Source of the DNA: a virus
Length of the DNA: 64,000 nt
Direction: 5' to 3' (one strand)
Virus record (IMG/VR): IMGVR_UViG_3300043427_003610
Coordinates: 20,554 to 84,553 of that record
Shown: positions 37,551 to 47,450 of the stretch, in pieces
Numbering within the stretch: the stretch's first letter is position 1
How the letters are laid out: each line of letters starts with the position of its first letter
Made by a program: the position numbers and the translations under genes
The notes under the pieces: generated by a model
What the model saw: the letters and a program-made list of their open reading frames with translations, nothing else
Database searches by the model: none
What the model was told of the DNA's origin: nothing

Positions 37551-40500
37551 ATGGCCAAATACAGAGCATTTACGAACGACCTCAGCTCGGAAGCGGTTGG
37601 CGAGCTGGTCAGCCTGTCTGGCGCTCGCCTTGTCGAGCTGCCGGACGGGCTTCCGCACCTTCGGATCGAGCCGCGGGTCGGCAACGGCCTGCAGATCGAG
37701 AATGAGTCGATCAACGCCTTTGGCCATACGGGTATTCAGGCCAGCAAGGTCAGCATCAAGCTGGCGGCTGGTGGTGGGCTGTCGTTCAACGGCAGCGGCG
37801 AGCTGCAATCGAGCGCGTCTGGTGCCCCGTCGATTACGGATGACACGACGACGAACGCCACGCGGTACATTCTGTTCGAGGACGCGACCAGCGGAAGCGC
37901 ATCTACCGTGTTGGTGTCGTCGACAAAGCTCACGTACAACCCCTCTACCGGTGTCCTGGCCGCTACGGGCGGGTTCTCCGGCAATGCTAGCACGGCGACA
38001 ACTCTGCAGACGTCCCGGACTTTGTGGGGTCAATCGTTCAACGGGTCAGCAAATATCGGTGGTCGTCTCGAGATGCGGGCGAGCCAGGGTGAAATCCTGA
38101 TGGGCTACGCGCAGGGCATCACCTGGAACGCGACCGTCGCCCTACTCAATAATCTGACATATGTCACCGGCAACGTGGCGCTGGCCTCAAGCTACACGTA
38201 CATCGGTGACGCAAATTCGGCAGGCTCGACGACTCGTGCAGGATCCGCCCTGGTCACGTACGCAAACGGCAACACCCTAGCCTGGCTCGTGGCACCGACC
38301 AGCACGGGCGCTGGTGTGGCGCCAGCTAGCCTGACAAGTGTGTTCTCTGTCAACGGGTCAGGCAACGGTACGTTCGCAGGCACCTTGGCTGCTGGGTCGG
38401 TCACGGCCCGGGCCGCAGCAAGCCAGGACGGCGTCATCCTGGCGGGTCGAGCGGGTGGTACCGGGACGTACGCAGTCACGATCACCCCGACCACGCTGAG
38501 CGCGAACCGTACCCTGACTCTGGCAGACGGGAACACGACGCTGGTGGCCGGAACCATGCTTACGACCGCGCGTCAGCTGACGATCAACGGCACGGCTAAC
38601 CAGGTGACGGTTTCGGGCGGTGCGCAGGACCTGAGCGCAGACCGCACCTGGACGATCTCGCTACCGGCGGATGTCGATGTCACGACGACGCTGGACGTCG
38701 GCTCGGTTGGAGCGATTTCCGCGGCTACCATGCGGGTGGGCGGGGATATCCGGAGTAGCGGGATTATCTATGCATCTGACTTCGTACTCACCGGCGGCTC
38801 GGGGAGTGGCATCGGCCTGGAGCTTGACGATCTTTCGGATGTCGTCATTACGTCGCCATCGACTAACCAGCTGCTGCAGTACAACGGCACGAACTGGGTC
38901 AACGCGACGGTGTCGACCGGCGGCGGGTCGGTTAGTATCGCCGACGACACGACTACGAACGGCAATCGGTACCTGAGCTTTTTGGCGACCACGTCCGGTA
39001 CGGCCTCAACGCTCAATGTAGCATCCACAAAGCTGACGTTTAATCCCTCGACGGGAACGCTTACTACTACGGCTTTCAGCGGGTCCGGCGCATCGCTGAC
39101 CAGTCTGAACGCCAGCAATGTGTCGTCCGGCACGCTGGCGCTCGCGCGCGGCGGTACGGGCGCGACGACGCAGGCGGGAGCCGCAAATGCCATTCTGCCG
39201 TCTCAGACTTCTCAGAGCGGTAAATACCTCACGACGGACGGCACCAACGTGTCGTGGGGAACGGTGTCCACTGGGACGTCGGTCACGGTGGCGGACGACA
39301 CGACGACCAACGCTACGCGCTACGTGGTGTTTGAAGACGTCACCAGCGGCACCTCGTCGACCATCAATGTCTCTTCCACCAAGCTGACCTTTAACCCCTC
39401 GACCGGCACGCTCGCGGCGACGGTGTTCAGCGGATCTGGGGCGTCGGTGACGAGCTTGAATGCGAGTAACGTGTCCACCGGCACGCTGGCCGTGGCGCGA
39501 GGCGGGACCGGGATTAGCAGCTACACGACCGGCAATTACATCTACGCCAGCGGCACGACCACCCTGGCGCAGCGGACACCGACTCAGGTGCGGTCGGACA
39601 TTAGCGCCGAGTTCCAGCAGACCCTGGGCGTACCGCGCATGAACCTGGGCGACCCAACGGTTCGTGAGATGGCCTTGTTCGACGGACAGTTCGACAACAA
39701 GGTGGAGCGCTTCCCGGTCGCAAACTTCTGGTGCGAGACTTCTGCGGACGGCGTCACCTGGTCGAACGCCTCACCGACGCAGAACCAGATGGAGCGGCTC
39801 GTCGGTGGAGACGCGAACAACTCTTCGCTCTCGATCGCACACAGCACGGCGTATTATCGTATTCGCTTCCGGGCGAACAGCTACGTCTACCTGAATGCCG
39901 TCTATGCGTACATGTCGACGCAGGGCAATTCCACGCAGGTGCAAGTCTTCCGCAAGCATGACAATGATGCAGGCTGGACGGCGGTAGCCAACTCGGCCAC
40001 GACGGTCAATAGTTGGCCCGGACACATGTTCCTGCAGCACGCCACCATTCCGTTCAACCCGTCTGCTACGCTGGGCACGCATTATCACGAGGTCGCGGTC
40101 GTCTTCATCCCGACCTGGAGCCACGTAAGTAACCCTATCCTGCTCTACAAGCTGCAGTGGTGGGGTGGCTATCCGGCAGGGCGTCGCAATGTGTACTCGA
40201 CAGACGAGTTCGGGGATGTGACCTTCCCGGCAGCCCTCACGGCAACGAAGGCGATGACCTCGACCGCCTCGCTGAATAGGTTCGGATCGGCAACTGGTAC
40301 GAATGGGACCAAGGCTGACCAGAACATTCTGCTGTACGACAATTCGACGAACAACTGGGCTGGTATCCAGGCGGGATCGTCCGGCGCCGTCACGATCAAC
40401 GCGGGGACCGGTACGCGGTACTCGTACGTGTTCGGCCAGGACGGTAACGCGGCATTCCCGGGCGCGACGACGGTTACCGGTGGCTCTGTTACAGTGCGGG

Positions 40501-43223
40501 CGGCGGCGACTCAGGACGCGGTGATCCTCGCCGGACGCGCCGGTGGGACGGCGAGCTACGCGGTGACGATCACGCCCGCTACGCTCACGGCAAGCCGGAC
40601 GGTCACCCTCGCTGACGGAAACACCACGCTGGTCGCTGGCACGATGGTGCCCACCGCGCGCACGCTGACCATTGCCAACGGGACCGGGATCACTGGTGGT
40701 GGGGCGGCGGTAGACCTGTCAGCCAATCGCTCCTGGACGATCGGCCTTACTGGCCAGGCGCTTGCGTTCCATAACCTGGCGTCCAACGGGATCGTGGCTC
40801 GCACGGGGGCTGGTACGGTCGCGGCGCGAACCATTACCGGCACCGCCAATCAGATCACCGTCACGAACGGCGACGGCGTCTCGGGCAACCCCACGCTCTC
40901 CCTGCCTGCCGATGTTGACGTGACCACGACGCTGGACGTCGGCACGGTCACCGGAATTTCCGCTGCCACGATGCGCGTAGGCGGGGACGTCCGTGCAAGT
41001 GGCATCGTGTACGCGTCAGACTTTGTTCTGACAGGTGGGTCTGGCAGCGGCACCGGCCTGGTGCTGGACAATCTGGCGGATGTCGTCATTACGTCGCCCG
41101 CGACCAACCAGTTGCTGCAGTACAACGGCACGAATTGGGTCAACGCGACGGTGTCGACCGGCGGCGGGTCGGTTAGTATCGCCGACGACACGACTACGAA
41201 CGGCAATCGGTACCTGAGCTTTTTGGCGACCACGTCCGGTACGGCCTCAACGCTCAATGTGGCATCCACAAAGCTGACGTTCAATCCGTCTACTGGTGCG
41301 CTGACGGCGACCTCGTTTAGTGGGTCTGGAGCGTCGCTGACCAGTCTGAACGTCAACAATGTGTCGTCCGGCACGCTGCCGCTCGCGCGTGGTGGCACGG
41401 GTGCCACGACGCAGGCGGGAGCCGCAAATACGATTCTGCCCTCGCAGACGTCACAGAGTGGCAAGTTTCTTACGACTGACGGCGCCAACGTCTCGTGGGC
41501 CACGGTGTCTGGCGGCGGCGGTACCACCACAAACGCGCTGACGTTTAACAATGCTGGCTCCGGCGCCGCGAGCGGATCGACATTCAATGGCTCCGCGGCC
41601 GTTTCGGTAAGCTTTAATACCATTGGCGCCCTGTCGTCGTCTACTACGTCGACACAGTCGGGCTACTTTGGCAACATCTTCCTGTACGACGACTCCACGC
41701 CGTCGCACTACCTGGGCATCACGAACAGCGCCAACCTGACGGCTGCTCGTACTCTTAGCCTTAACGTTAACGACGCGGACCGAACGATCTCGCTTAGCGG
41801 CAATCTGACGGTCTCTGCTGCGGCCACGGTGTCTGGCACCAATACGGGCGACCAGACCATTACTCTGACAGGTGACGTCACTGGCACAGGCACCGGGTCG
41901 TTTGCCGCGACGCTGGCCAATACCGCAGTAACGGCAGGCTCGTATACGAACGCCAACATCACCGTCGACGCAAAGGGACGCATCACGGCAGCCTCGAATG
42001 GCAGCGCTGGTGGCGGCGGCACAACTACAAACGCGCTGACGTTCAACAACGCCGGGTCTGGTGCAGCCAGCGGCACGACATTCAACGGCAGTGCTGCGGT
42101 TACGATCAGTCACAACTCGATCGGAGCCTCGGCCCGGGCCAGCTTCGGCACCGGTGCCGACGCGTCGGTCAAGTCCGTAGACATCCGCAACATTACGAAC
42201 CCGTCGACGGGCCTTGGGTATGCGGGTGGAATGCGCGTTCGGTTCTCCGCGCTGAACGACGATAGCTCCTCGCCATGGGCCGACGTGATTGACCTGTCGA
42301 CGTACACGGATAGCAGCGGCGGCGGCTACAACGCGATGTATTTCGGCAAGAACTCGCAGGTCCTGCTGCACAAGTACGCTGCGGCTGCAGGAACCAGCTG
42401 GACGACCAAGACAATTGCGTATACCGATAGCAATATTACGGGTAGCGCCGCAACGCTGACGACAGCCCGTACGATTAACGGCACGTCCTTCAACGGCTCG
42501 GCCAACATTACAACGTCCAGCTGGGGTACGGCGAGGACACTGACCATCGGCAGCACGGGAAAGTCTGTTGATGGGTCGGCAGCCGTATCATGGACGTTGG
42601 CGGAAATCGGCGCGGTGCCCACGACCCGCACCTTGACGATGACCGGCACCACCAATCAGGTGACGGTGACGAACAGCGGTACCGCGCAGGACCTGTCGGC
42701 GAACAGAACATGGACGTTTTCGCTGCCGCAAAACATTCACACGGCAGCCACGCCGACGTTTGCCCAGTTGATCCTGGGCACCGATCCCAGCGGAACAAAC
42801 CTGCTCCGGGTTGGCGGCTCCGCTAGAATTACGTCGCTCGGCGTGGGCATGAACGCCAGCGGAACAACGGGACGGATCTCGGCAAGCGACGACATTATTG
42901 CGTATGCGACGTCGGATGCGCGACTCAAAGATCGCATTGCGCCGATTACGGGGGCGATGGCGATGGTCCAGCGAATCACTGGTGTGCGCTATCACTGGAA
43001 GCAGGACGAGGAGTCGAAGGCCATTCACCAGTACGGGGACGATGAGGAGATCGGCGTGCTGGCGCAGGAAGTCGAGGCCGTCCTTCCGCAACTGGTCCAC
43101 ACGCGCGAAAACGGTTACAAGGCCCTTCGCTACGAGCGTCTTGTGCCGGTGCTGATTGAAGCATTGAAGGAACAGGCACAGCAGATCGCTGAGTTGCAGG
43201 CGGCGATTCTCAGGAGGCCGTAA
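37551..43223 (+). CDS. Long tail fibre with C-terminal peptidase S74 intramolecular chaperone
   Basis: Gly/Thr/Ser/Ala repeats (GTLALARGGTGAT); C-terminal SDARLKDRI..GVRYHWK..IGVLAQEVE..YERLVPVLIEALKE. Confidence 0.9.
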   Translation: MAKYRAFTNDLSSEAVGELVSLSGARLVELPDGLPHLRIEPRVGNGLQIENESINAFGHTGIQASKVSIKLAAGGGLSFNGSGELQSSASGAPSITDDTTTNATRYILFEDATSGSASTVLVSSTKLTYNPSTGVLAATGGFSGNASTATTLQTSRTLWGQSFNGSANIGGRLEMRASQGEILMGYAQGITWNATVALLNNLTYVTGNVALASSYTYIGDANSAGSTTRAGSALVTYANGNTLAWLVAPTSTGAGVAPASLTSVFSVNGSGNGTFAGTLAAGSVTARAAASQDGVILAGRAGGTGTYAVTITPTTLSANRTLTLADGNTTLVAGTMLTTARQLTINGTANQVTVSGGAQDLSADRTWTISLPADVDVTTTLDVGSVGAISAATMRVGGDIRSSGIIYASDFVLTGGSGSGIGLELDDLSDVVITSPSTNQLLQYNGTNWVNATVSTGGGSVSIADDTTTNGNRYLSFLATTSGTASTLNVASTKLTFNPSTGTLTTTAFSGSGASLTSLNASNVSSGTLALARGGTGATTQAGAANAILPSQTSQSGKYLTTDGTNVSWGTVSTGTSVTVADDTTTNATRYVVFEDVTSGTSSTINVSSTKLTFNPSTGTLAATVFSGSGASVTSLNASNVSTGTLAVARGGTGISSYTTGNYIYASGTTTLAQRTPTQVRSDISAEFQQTLGVPRMNLGDPTVREMALFDGQFDNKVERFPVANFWCETSADGVTWSNASPTQNQMERLVGGDANNSSLSIAHSTAYYRIRFRANSYVYLNAVYAYMSTQGNSTQVQVFRKHDNDAGWTAVANSATTVNSWPGHMFLQHATIPFNPSATLGTHYHEVAVVFIPTWSHVSNPILLYKLQWWGGYPAGRRNVYSTDEFGDVTFPAALTATKAMTSTASLNRFGSATGTNGTKADQNILLYDNSTNNWAGIQAGSSGAVTINAGTGTRYSYVFGQDGNAAFPGATTVTGGSVTVRAAATQDAVILAGRAGGTASYAVTITPATLTASRTVTLADGNTTLVAGTMVPTARTLTIANGTGITGGGAAVDLSANRSWTIGLTGQALAFHNLASNGIVARTGAGTVAARTITGTANQITVTNGDGVSGNPTLSLPADVDVTTTLDVGTVTGISAATMRVGGDVRASGIVYASDFVLTGGSGSGTGLVLDNLADVVITSPATNQLLQYNGTNWVNATVSTGGGSVSIADDTTTNGNRYLSFLATTSGTASTLNVASTKLTFNPSTGALTATSFSGSGASLTSLNVNNVSSGTLPLARGGTGATTQAGAANTILPSQTSQSGKFLTTDGANVSWATVSGGGGTTTNALTFNNAGSGAASGSTFNGSAAVSVSFNTIGALSSSTTSTQSGYFGNIFLYDDSTPSHYLGITNSANLTAARTLSLNVNDADRTISLSGNLTVSAAATVSGTNTGDQTITLTGDVTGTGTGSFAATLANTAVTAGSYTNANITVDAKGRITAASNGSAGGGGTTTNALTFNNAGSGAASGTTFNGSAAVTISHNSIGASARASFGTGADASVKSVDIRNITNPSTGLGYAGGMRVRFSALNDDSSSPWADVIDLSTYTDSSGGGYNAMYFGKNSQVLLHKYAAAAGTSWTTKTIAYTDSNITGSAATLTTARTINGTSFNGSANITTSSWGTARTLTIGSTGKSVDGSAAVSWTLAEIGAVPTTRTLTMTGTTNQVTVTNSGTAQDLSANRTWTFSLPQNIHTAATPTFAQLILGTDPSGTNLLRVGGSARITSLGVGMNASGTTGRISASDDIIAYATSDARLKDRIAPITGAMAMVQRITGVRYHWKQDEESKAIHQYGDDEEIGVLAQEVEAVLPQLVHTRENGYKALRYERLVPVLIEALKEQAQQIAELQAAILRRP
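38657..41501 (+). repeat. ~600-bp direct repeat pair within the tail fibre gene (~38657-39260 and ~40898-41501)
   Basis: LPADVDVTTTLDVG...TTDGxNVSW is duplicated, with long nucleotide-identical stretches. Confidence 0.85.
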
Positions 43224-43765
43224 TGGCACTACCGGCTTCAGGCAATTCCCTATCGATCAGCCAAATCAATACAGAGTTCGGGCGCGCGTCGAATACCGCT
43301 GACACCTCACTGGCCAATTTGAGCACGGGCTTCTACGCGACGATTAACCTGAACTCGACATCGTATCCTGATGCAACGCCGCCCCACGCGATGTCGGAGT
43401 TCTACAGCTACAATCACAGCGCGTCATCTCCCCCGAGCCTTACGTCCGTGAGTCAGTATACCGTGTCGTACCCAGATTGCGGCGTAGACTGGATCGTAAA
43501 TGTCAGCTGGTACACGAGCAATGCGGACGACACGAATTACAAAGTGCAGATTAAGTTGTACGGATCAAGTACGGTGGTGGCCGACAATCAAAGTACCTCG
43601 AGCAGTAACACGAACATTAATACTGGCTGGACGGGAGACGCGACGCAAAGCACGTATACCAACACCGCCCGGTATCGGGTGGAGATCGTTCGGTTGTCGG
43701 ACAGTGCCGTTATTGCGTTTGCGGACACCACTGGAGAGACAGTGTCGTACGGTAACGCCTGCTAA
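43223..43765 (+). CDS. Putative tail-fibre tip/adhesin-associated protein
   Basis: N-terminal MALPASG.SLSISQINTEFG..MSEFYSY, a pattern commonly seen directly after S74 fibres. Confidence 0.6.
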   Translation: MALPASGNSLSISQINTEFGRASNTADTSLANLSTGFYATINLNSTSYPDATPPHAMSEFYSYNHSASSPPSLTSVSQYTVSYPDCGVDWIVNVSWYTSNADDTNYKVQIKLYGSSTVVADNQSTSSSNTNINTGWTGDATQSTYTNTARYRVEIVRLSDSAVIAFADTTGETVSYGNAC

Positions 43766-43968
43766 TGTCCTGCAAACGCTGCTTGTTGGCCCTGCAGGCA
43801 GGCGCGGAGGCGCTGCAGGAGCTGCTGCGAGAATGCCCGGAGCAATTACCAGCGGATGTCCCGTGGGCGAGTCGTCAGGCGGAGCTGGCCGAACTGGCGG
43901 AAAGACTACTAGTCGAACGTGAAGCGCGCGTTCAAAGGATTTTCGATCAAAGGAGACAACAGCAATGA
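43765..43968 (+). CDS. Small CxxC protein (paralog of 45357..45545)
   Basis: TAATG-coupled; MSCKRC..LQE...PEQLP....W...ELAELA. Confidence 0.55.
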   Translation: MSCKRCLLALQAGAEALQELLRECPEQLPADVPWASRQAELAELAERLLVEREARVQRIFDQRRQQQ

Positions 43969-44255
43969 CCGGTCCTACGGAATATTGGTTGGTTGAGTGG
44001 GTGCAGTATGTCCCGAATCAGGAGAATGTCCTGCTTGGCGGGCGCTACGTGATCGTCGGTGCGTCGGGCAAGTCCGTAGGGGAGTTCCAGAACGTGTTGA
44101 CGAACCAGACCGCCCTGATGGCGTCCGCGCCCGAGGGCGCGTCGACCTGGGGGGACCAGGAAGTCTGCGCTGTGGTCGAGGACCAGCTGGCAATCCCGTG
44201 CGTGTTCCCGGAACCGCCTGCCCCGCCGACCCCTGAGCCGCTGCCGGAGGCCTAA
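43965..44255 (+). CDS. Hypothetical protein
   Basis: SD AGGAG, ATGA coupling, Pro-rich tail. Confidence 0.55.
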   Translation: MTGPTEYWLVEWVQYVPNQENVLLGGRYVIVGASGKSVGEFQNVLTNQTALMASAPEGASTWGDQEVCAVVEDQLAIPCVFPEPPAPPTPEPLPEA

Positions 44256-44265
44256 AGGAGGCGAC

Positions 44266-45102
44266 GTGCCAAAGAATCTGACAGAACTTATCAAGGCGTC
44301 TGGAAACTCCGGCATTGCCGGGCAGACCTTTAAGGGGAACGTGAATCCAACGCAAGCGGTGTCCGACATGACTGGCTTTAGTATGACCAGTTATCTGCTC
44401 GGCACTGATGGCGGATTGACCGGCACGCCACAACCGCCCGTCGAAATTACGTACAACAGCGGAACGACCTTTACGCTTGTGCAGTCGTTTTCCGGCTACG
44501 GATGGAATTTCTATCGCATCCGCCGAAACGGAACAGCTCCCTGGTATCCGCTCGGAACGGTGGAGCACACGCTCGACAGCGTCACATGGGACGAAGGCAA
44601 CGCTAACGTGACGCTGAGCGTGACATGCTATGGCGAATTCGACGCGGCGACTGAGCCGGGACTTAGTACATTCGCGCCCTACTGGCAAGGCTACATTTCT
44701 CCAAATGTCCCGGCGGGAGGCGGCCCGGAATACGTTGAAGTCAAGCCCGTGGTAACCGGAGGCATCTCACCTAGCGGCGCGGACGATCGGACGCTTCAGT
44801 TCTGGTTCGACCCTGACAGCGCAGACTTCAACGCGAATTTTACCATGGTATCGTCGTCGCTGCGTATCAGTCGCAGAGCCTATCCGGCCTGGACGACCCT
44901 CAATGAGTGGGAACTGCATGCTACGTCGAGTTACGACAACCTGCTGGGCACGAACACGTACGTGTTTACTAGCTACCCGCAGGACAACTACACCGTCGGG
45001 TACGCTCGTTACCGGACGAAGGCAGAGTACAACGGTGGGTCTCCAGGTTCTTGGACGAATTGGGGAGCAGTAACGTGGTACGACACGAGACTTGGTAGTT
45101 AA
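44266..45102 (+). CDS. Putative virion-associated beta-rich protein
   Basis: SD AAGGAGG; rich in Thr/Ser/Gly and aromatic residues. Confidence 0.55.
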   Translation: MPKNLTELIKASGNSGIAGQTFKGNVNPTQAVSDMTGFSMTSYLLGTDGGLTGTPQPPVEITYNSGTTFTLVQSFSGYGWNFYRIRRNGTAPWYPLGTVEHTLDSVTWDEGNANVTLSVTCYGEFDAATEPGLSTFAPYWQGYISPNVPAGGGPEYVEVKPVVTGGISPSGADDRTLQFWFDPDSADFNANFTMVSSSLRISRRAYPAWTTLNEWELHATSSYDNLLGTNTYVFTSYPQDNYTVGYARYRTKAEYNGGSPGSWTNWGAVTWYDTRLGS

Positions 45103-45123
45103 ACATTCGCTAGGAGGTTACAC

Positions 45124-45309
45124 ATGGATCTGTTTATTACGATTGCAGCAGGCGCGTTTGGACTTGCGTTCATTGCCATGCTCGCGAAGGTGCTGTTCGC
45201 CCAGGGCCGAAAGGAGTCGAAGACTTCCCTTGGCGGTGGCGGCAGTTCGGAGCCTGAGCCGCGCCAACCGGGGACCGTCACGCCCCCAGGAAACCAGGAC
45301 GCCGCGTAA
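45124..45309 (+). CDS. Small single-TM membrane protein
   Basis: SD AGGAGGT; N-terminal hydrophobic helix. Confidence 0.6.
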   Translation: MDLFITIAAGAFGLAFIAMLAKVLFAQGRKESKTSLGGGGSSEPEPRQPGTVTPPGNQDAA

Positions 45310-45332
45310 GATTCTGCGCCGGTCCGTCAATT
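45306..45332 (+). promoter_or_regulatory. Class A phage promoter
   Basis: GTAAG attctgcgccggtcc GTCAATT; GTAAG overlaps the upstream TAA stop. Confidence 0.75.
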
Positions 45333-45356
45333 CTAAGTAGACCAGCCGACCATACC

Positions 45357-45545
45357 ATGCCTTGCCAGCGCTGTATCCAAGCCATCCAGGAAGCCGGAAA
45401 CGTCCTCCAGGAAATGGCATTCTGCGACCCAGAAACCCTGCCGCCCGGCCGGGACTGGGCCGCCCTTGGCACAGAGCTGGTGCGCCTAGCTGGTCACCTG
45501 AGAACCCACACCCACGAGGAACCGCAGCATGGCAGAGATCCGTAA
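45357..45545 (+). CDS. Small CxxC protein (paralog of 43765..43968)
   Basis: MPCQRC..LQE...PETLP....W...ELVRLA. Confidence 0.55.
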   Translation: MPCQRCIQAIQEAGNVLQEMAFCDPETLPPGRDWAALGTELVRLAGHLRTHTHEEPQHGRDP

Positions 45546-45777
45546 GACGCTGACCGACGTCCAGAAGCAGCAGCTGGCCGAGACCCAGGGCACCCTCAAC
45601 CAGCTTCGCGCCGCCCTCCAGAAGGCCGAAGCCGAGGCGCAGCGGGTCGTGGCGCTGGTCTTCGACGCGCATTCTGTTCCCCAGGACTGGACGGCGGACA
45701 TTGACCCGCAGACCGGCGAGCTGGTCTGCAAGGGCCCGGATGCGCCTGCCGACCCGGGGCCGAAGCTCGAAAAGTAA
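45529..45777 (+). CDS. Small coiled-coil protein
   Basis: SD GAGGA; heptad pattern. Confidence 0.6.
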   Translation: MAEIRKTLTDVQKQQLAETQGTLNQLRAALQKAEAEAQRVVALVFDAHSVPQDWTADIDPQTGELVCKGPDAPADPGPKLEK

Positions 45778-45801
45778 GGCCCGTCATCTGAGTGTCATCG
45801 C

Positions 45802-45832
45802 AAGCCACTCCAATGGGGTGGCTTTGCTATTT
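45802..45832 (+). terminator. Terminator-like hairpin
   Basis: AAGCCACTCC-aat-GGGGTGGCTT then TGCTATTT. Confidence 0.6.
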
Positions 45833-45846
45833 CCGGACTGCCATTA

Positions 45847-45855
45847 CGACTTATT
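45847..45855 (+). promoter_or_regulatory. Class B motif CGACTTATT upstream of the lysis-region genes
   Basis: Exact 9-mer after a terminator, ~50 nt before ATG 45906. Confidence 0.65.
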
Positions 45856-45905
45856 GGGGTAACGCCCGCTTGGGCTTTGTTTGCCACCCTCCTGGGGTCC
45901 TCATC

Positions 45906-46190
45906 ATGACAGATCACACTATCACCGCGGCAATTACGGCCGCGACGGGGGTCGCTGTGTATGCCCAGGCGCAGGCGGCGGCGGTTCCCCTTCCGGTCAG
46001 TGCCGTTATGACCGTCATTGGCATGCTGGCGACTGGCCTGGTCACCTGGGGCGTGTTCAAGAAGGCGACGGAACGCAACGAGATGGAAATCGAACTGCTC
46101 AGGAAGTCCCTGGGCGAGATGCATAACGTGATGTCCGACGTGCGCGAGCGCGTGGCCAGGATCGAAGGGAAGCTCGAGAGCGACCACTGA
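45906..46190 (+). CDS. Putative holin-like / XhlA-like membrane protein
   Basis: Hydrophobic segments followed by a coiled-coil C-terminus (RERVARIEGKL). Confidence 0.5.
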   Translation: MTDHTITAAITAATGVAVYAQAQAAAVPLPVSAVMTVIGMLATGLVTWGVFKKATERNEMEIELLRKSLGEMHNVMSDVRERVARIEGKLESDH

Positions 46191-46203
46191 TCCCGGAGGC
46201 GCC

Positions 46204-46464
46204 GTGGCACTTTGGGAGATTCGAATCATCAATCAGGATCCGGTTCGGGTTGACGTCGAGGACGAGCGGAATTTGACCGAAGAGTACACTGCCTTCGACG
46301 ACTACCACGAATCCCGCCGCTGGTGGAAGTTCTGGCGCCCCAAGCTGAGCCCGTACTGGCAGGTGACGGACGCTGTCGTACTACACAAAGACGCCATTGT
46401 CGGCGTCATGCCGCGCAAACCGAAGCTCACGAAGCAACCCATAGGGTTCCACGTAAGGGGATGA
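46204..46464 (+). CDS. Hypothetical protein
   Basis: SD GGAGG before GTG. Confidence 0.55.
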   Translation: MALWEIRIINQDPVRVDVEDERNLTEEYTAFDDYHESRRWWKFWRPKLSPYWQVTDAVVLHKDAIVGVMPRKPKLTKQPIGFHVRG

Positions 46465-46467
46465 CGT

Positions 46468-47163
46468 ATGTGGCTAGTACTTGGTAAGCTCGTGATCCGG
46501 TCCCACCTGGCACTGCAAGCGGCGTTGGCCGTGGTGGCCGCCTGGGCCGTGAAGCACCAGAAGACGCTCTTGCCTATCGCGCTCGGCGTGGTGGCGACCT
46601 TGCTGGTCTTGGCGTTGCTCCGGTTGCCCAGCGACGAACCGGCGGGGCAGGGCAGCCTCGCGCAAGACATCGCGGTCTATCAGCAGAAGGCGGAAGCGGC
46701 CACCGCGTTTGCGGACTCGGTCGGAAAGGCCGCAGCCAAGCGGCAACAGGACGTCGCTCGGTTGGAGCGCGAAATCGCTCGGCTCAAAGGTCAGATCCCA
46801 GACCCGGAAGTGTCGGACAGCCTGCGAGCCGAGGCCGATAGCCTCTTCGCGGTGCTGTCCGATTCCGTTAAGGGGGCGTATCGCATCATCCCGGTGCAAA
46901 AGGCCGTCATCGTGCGCCAGGACAGCACGATTCGCGCGCAGGTCCGGGTGATCGCGAAGCAGGACACCGCGCTGGTCAAGAAGGACACGACCATCGTGGA
47001 CCTCACGAGAAGTCGGGACAGCCTGGCCACTGTGCTTCGGCTCCGGCCCGAGCCTCCGAAGGAGGTCAAGCTACTCGGCATTTTCCCAGCGCCGAGTCGC
47101 AAGCAATCGGCGTTGTTTGGTGGTGTGGTAGGTGTGTTGGCGACAGCCTGGCTGCTCAAGTAG
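46468..47163 (+). CDS. Putative spanin-like protein
   Basis: N-terminal TM segment(s), long coiled coil and C-terminal hydrophobic segment; lysis region. Confidence 0.5.
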   Translation: MWLVLGKLVIRSHLALQAALAVVAAWAVKHQKTLLPIALGVVATLLVLALLRLPSDEPAGQGSLAQDIAVYQQKAEAATAFADSVGKAAAKRQQDVARLEREIARLKGQIPDPEVSDSLRAEADSLFAVLSDSVKGAYRIIPVQKAVIVRQDSTIRAQVRVIAKQDTALVKKDTTIVDLTRSRDSLATVLRLRPEPPKEVKLLGIFPAPSRKQSALFGGVVGVLATAWLLK

Positions 47164-47169
47164 TTCACT

Positions 47170-47196
47170 GTAAGAAACCTCCGATCCGAGTCAATT
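47170..47196 (+). promoter_or_regulatory. Class A phage promoter
   Basis: GTAAG aaacctccgatccga GTCAATT; the -10 is flanked by TCCGA/TCGGA. Confidence 0.75.
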
Positions 47197-47222
47197 CTAT
47201 CGGACACTTTCGGAGGTTGTAG

Positions 47223-47450
47223 ATGCTCAAGCAGCGTAAGAAATCTCGCAGGGAAATCGTGATCGCCACGGTGATCGGGTTGTCGATCACCTGCATCATG
47301 CTCGCGGTCAACGCCCTGGTCATCATGGTGGCCACGAATCTGGCTCTGGCGCCCTGGACGGCCACCCGGATTGGCTACTGGCCTGCGGTCGGTATGGCAC
47401 TGCTGGTGATCGAGATCCGGGACCTCCTGGCGCCCAGGAAGGTGGACTAA
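47223..47450 (+). CDS. Small two-TM membrane protein
   Basis: SD GGAGGT; basic N-terminus and two hydrophobic helices. Confidence 0.6.
   Translation: MLKQRKKSRREIVIATVIGLSITCIMLAVNALVIMVATNLALAPWTATRIGYWPAVGMALLVIEIRDLLAPRKVD

Noticed and set aside
38657-41501. Diversity-generating retroelement TR/VR pair
   Set aside because: Both copies are in-frame coding, the differences are mostly synonymous and not adenine-specific, and there is no reverse transcriptase in the window.
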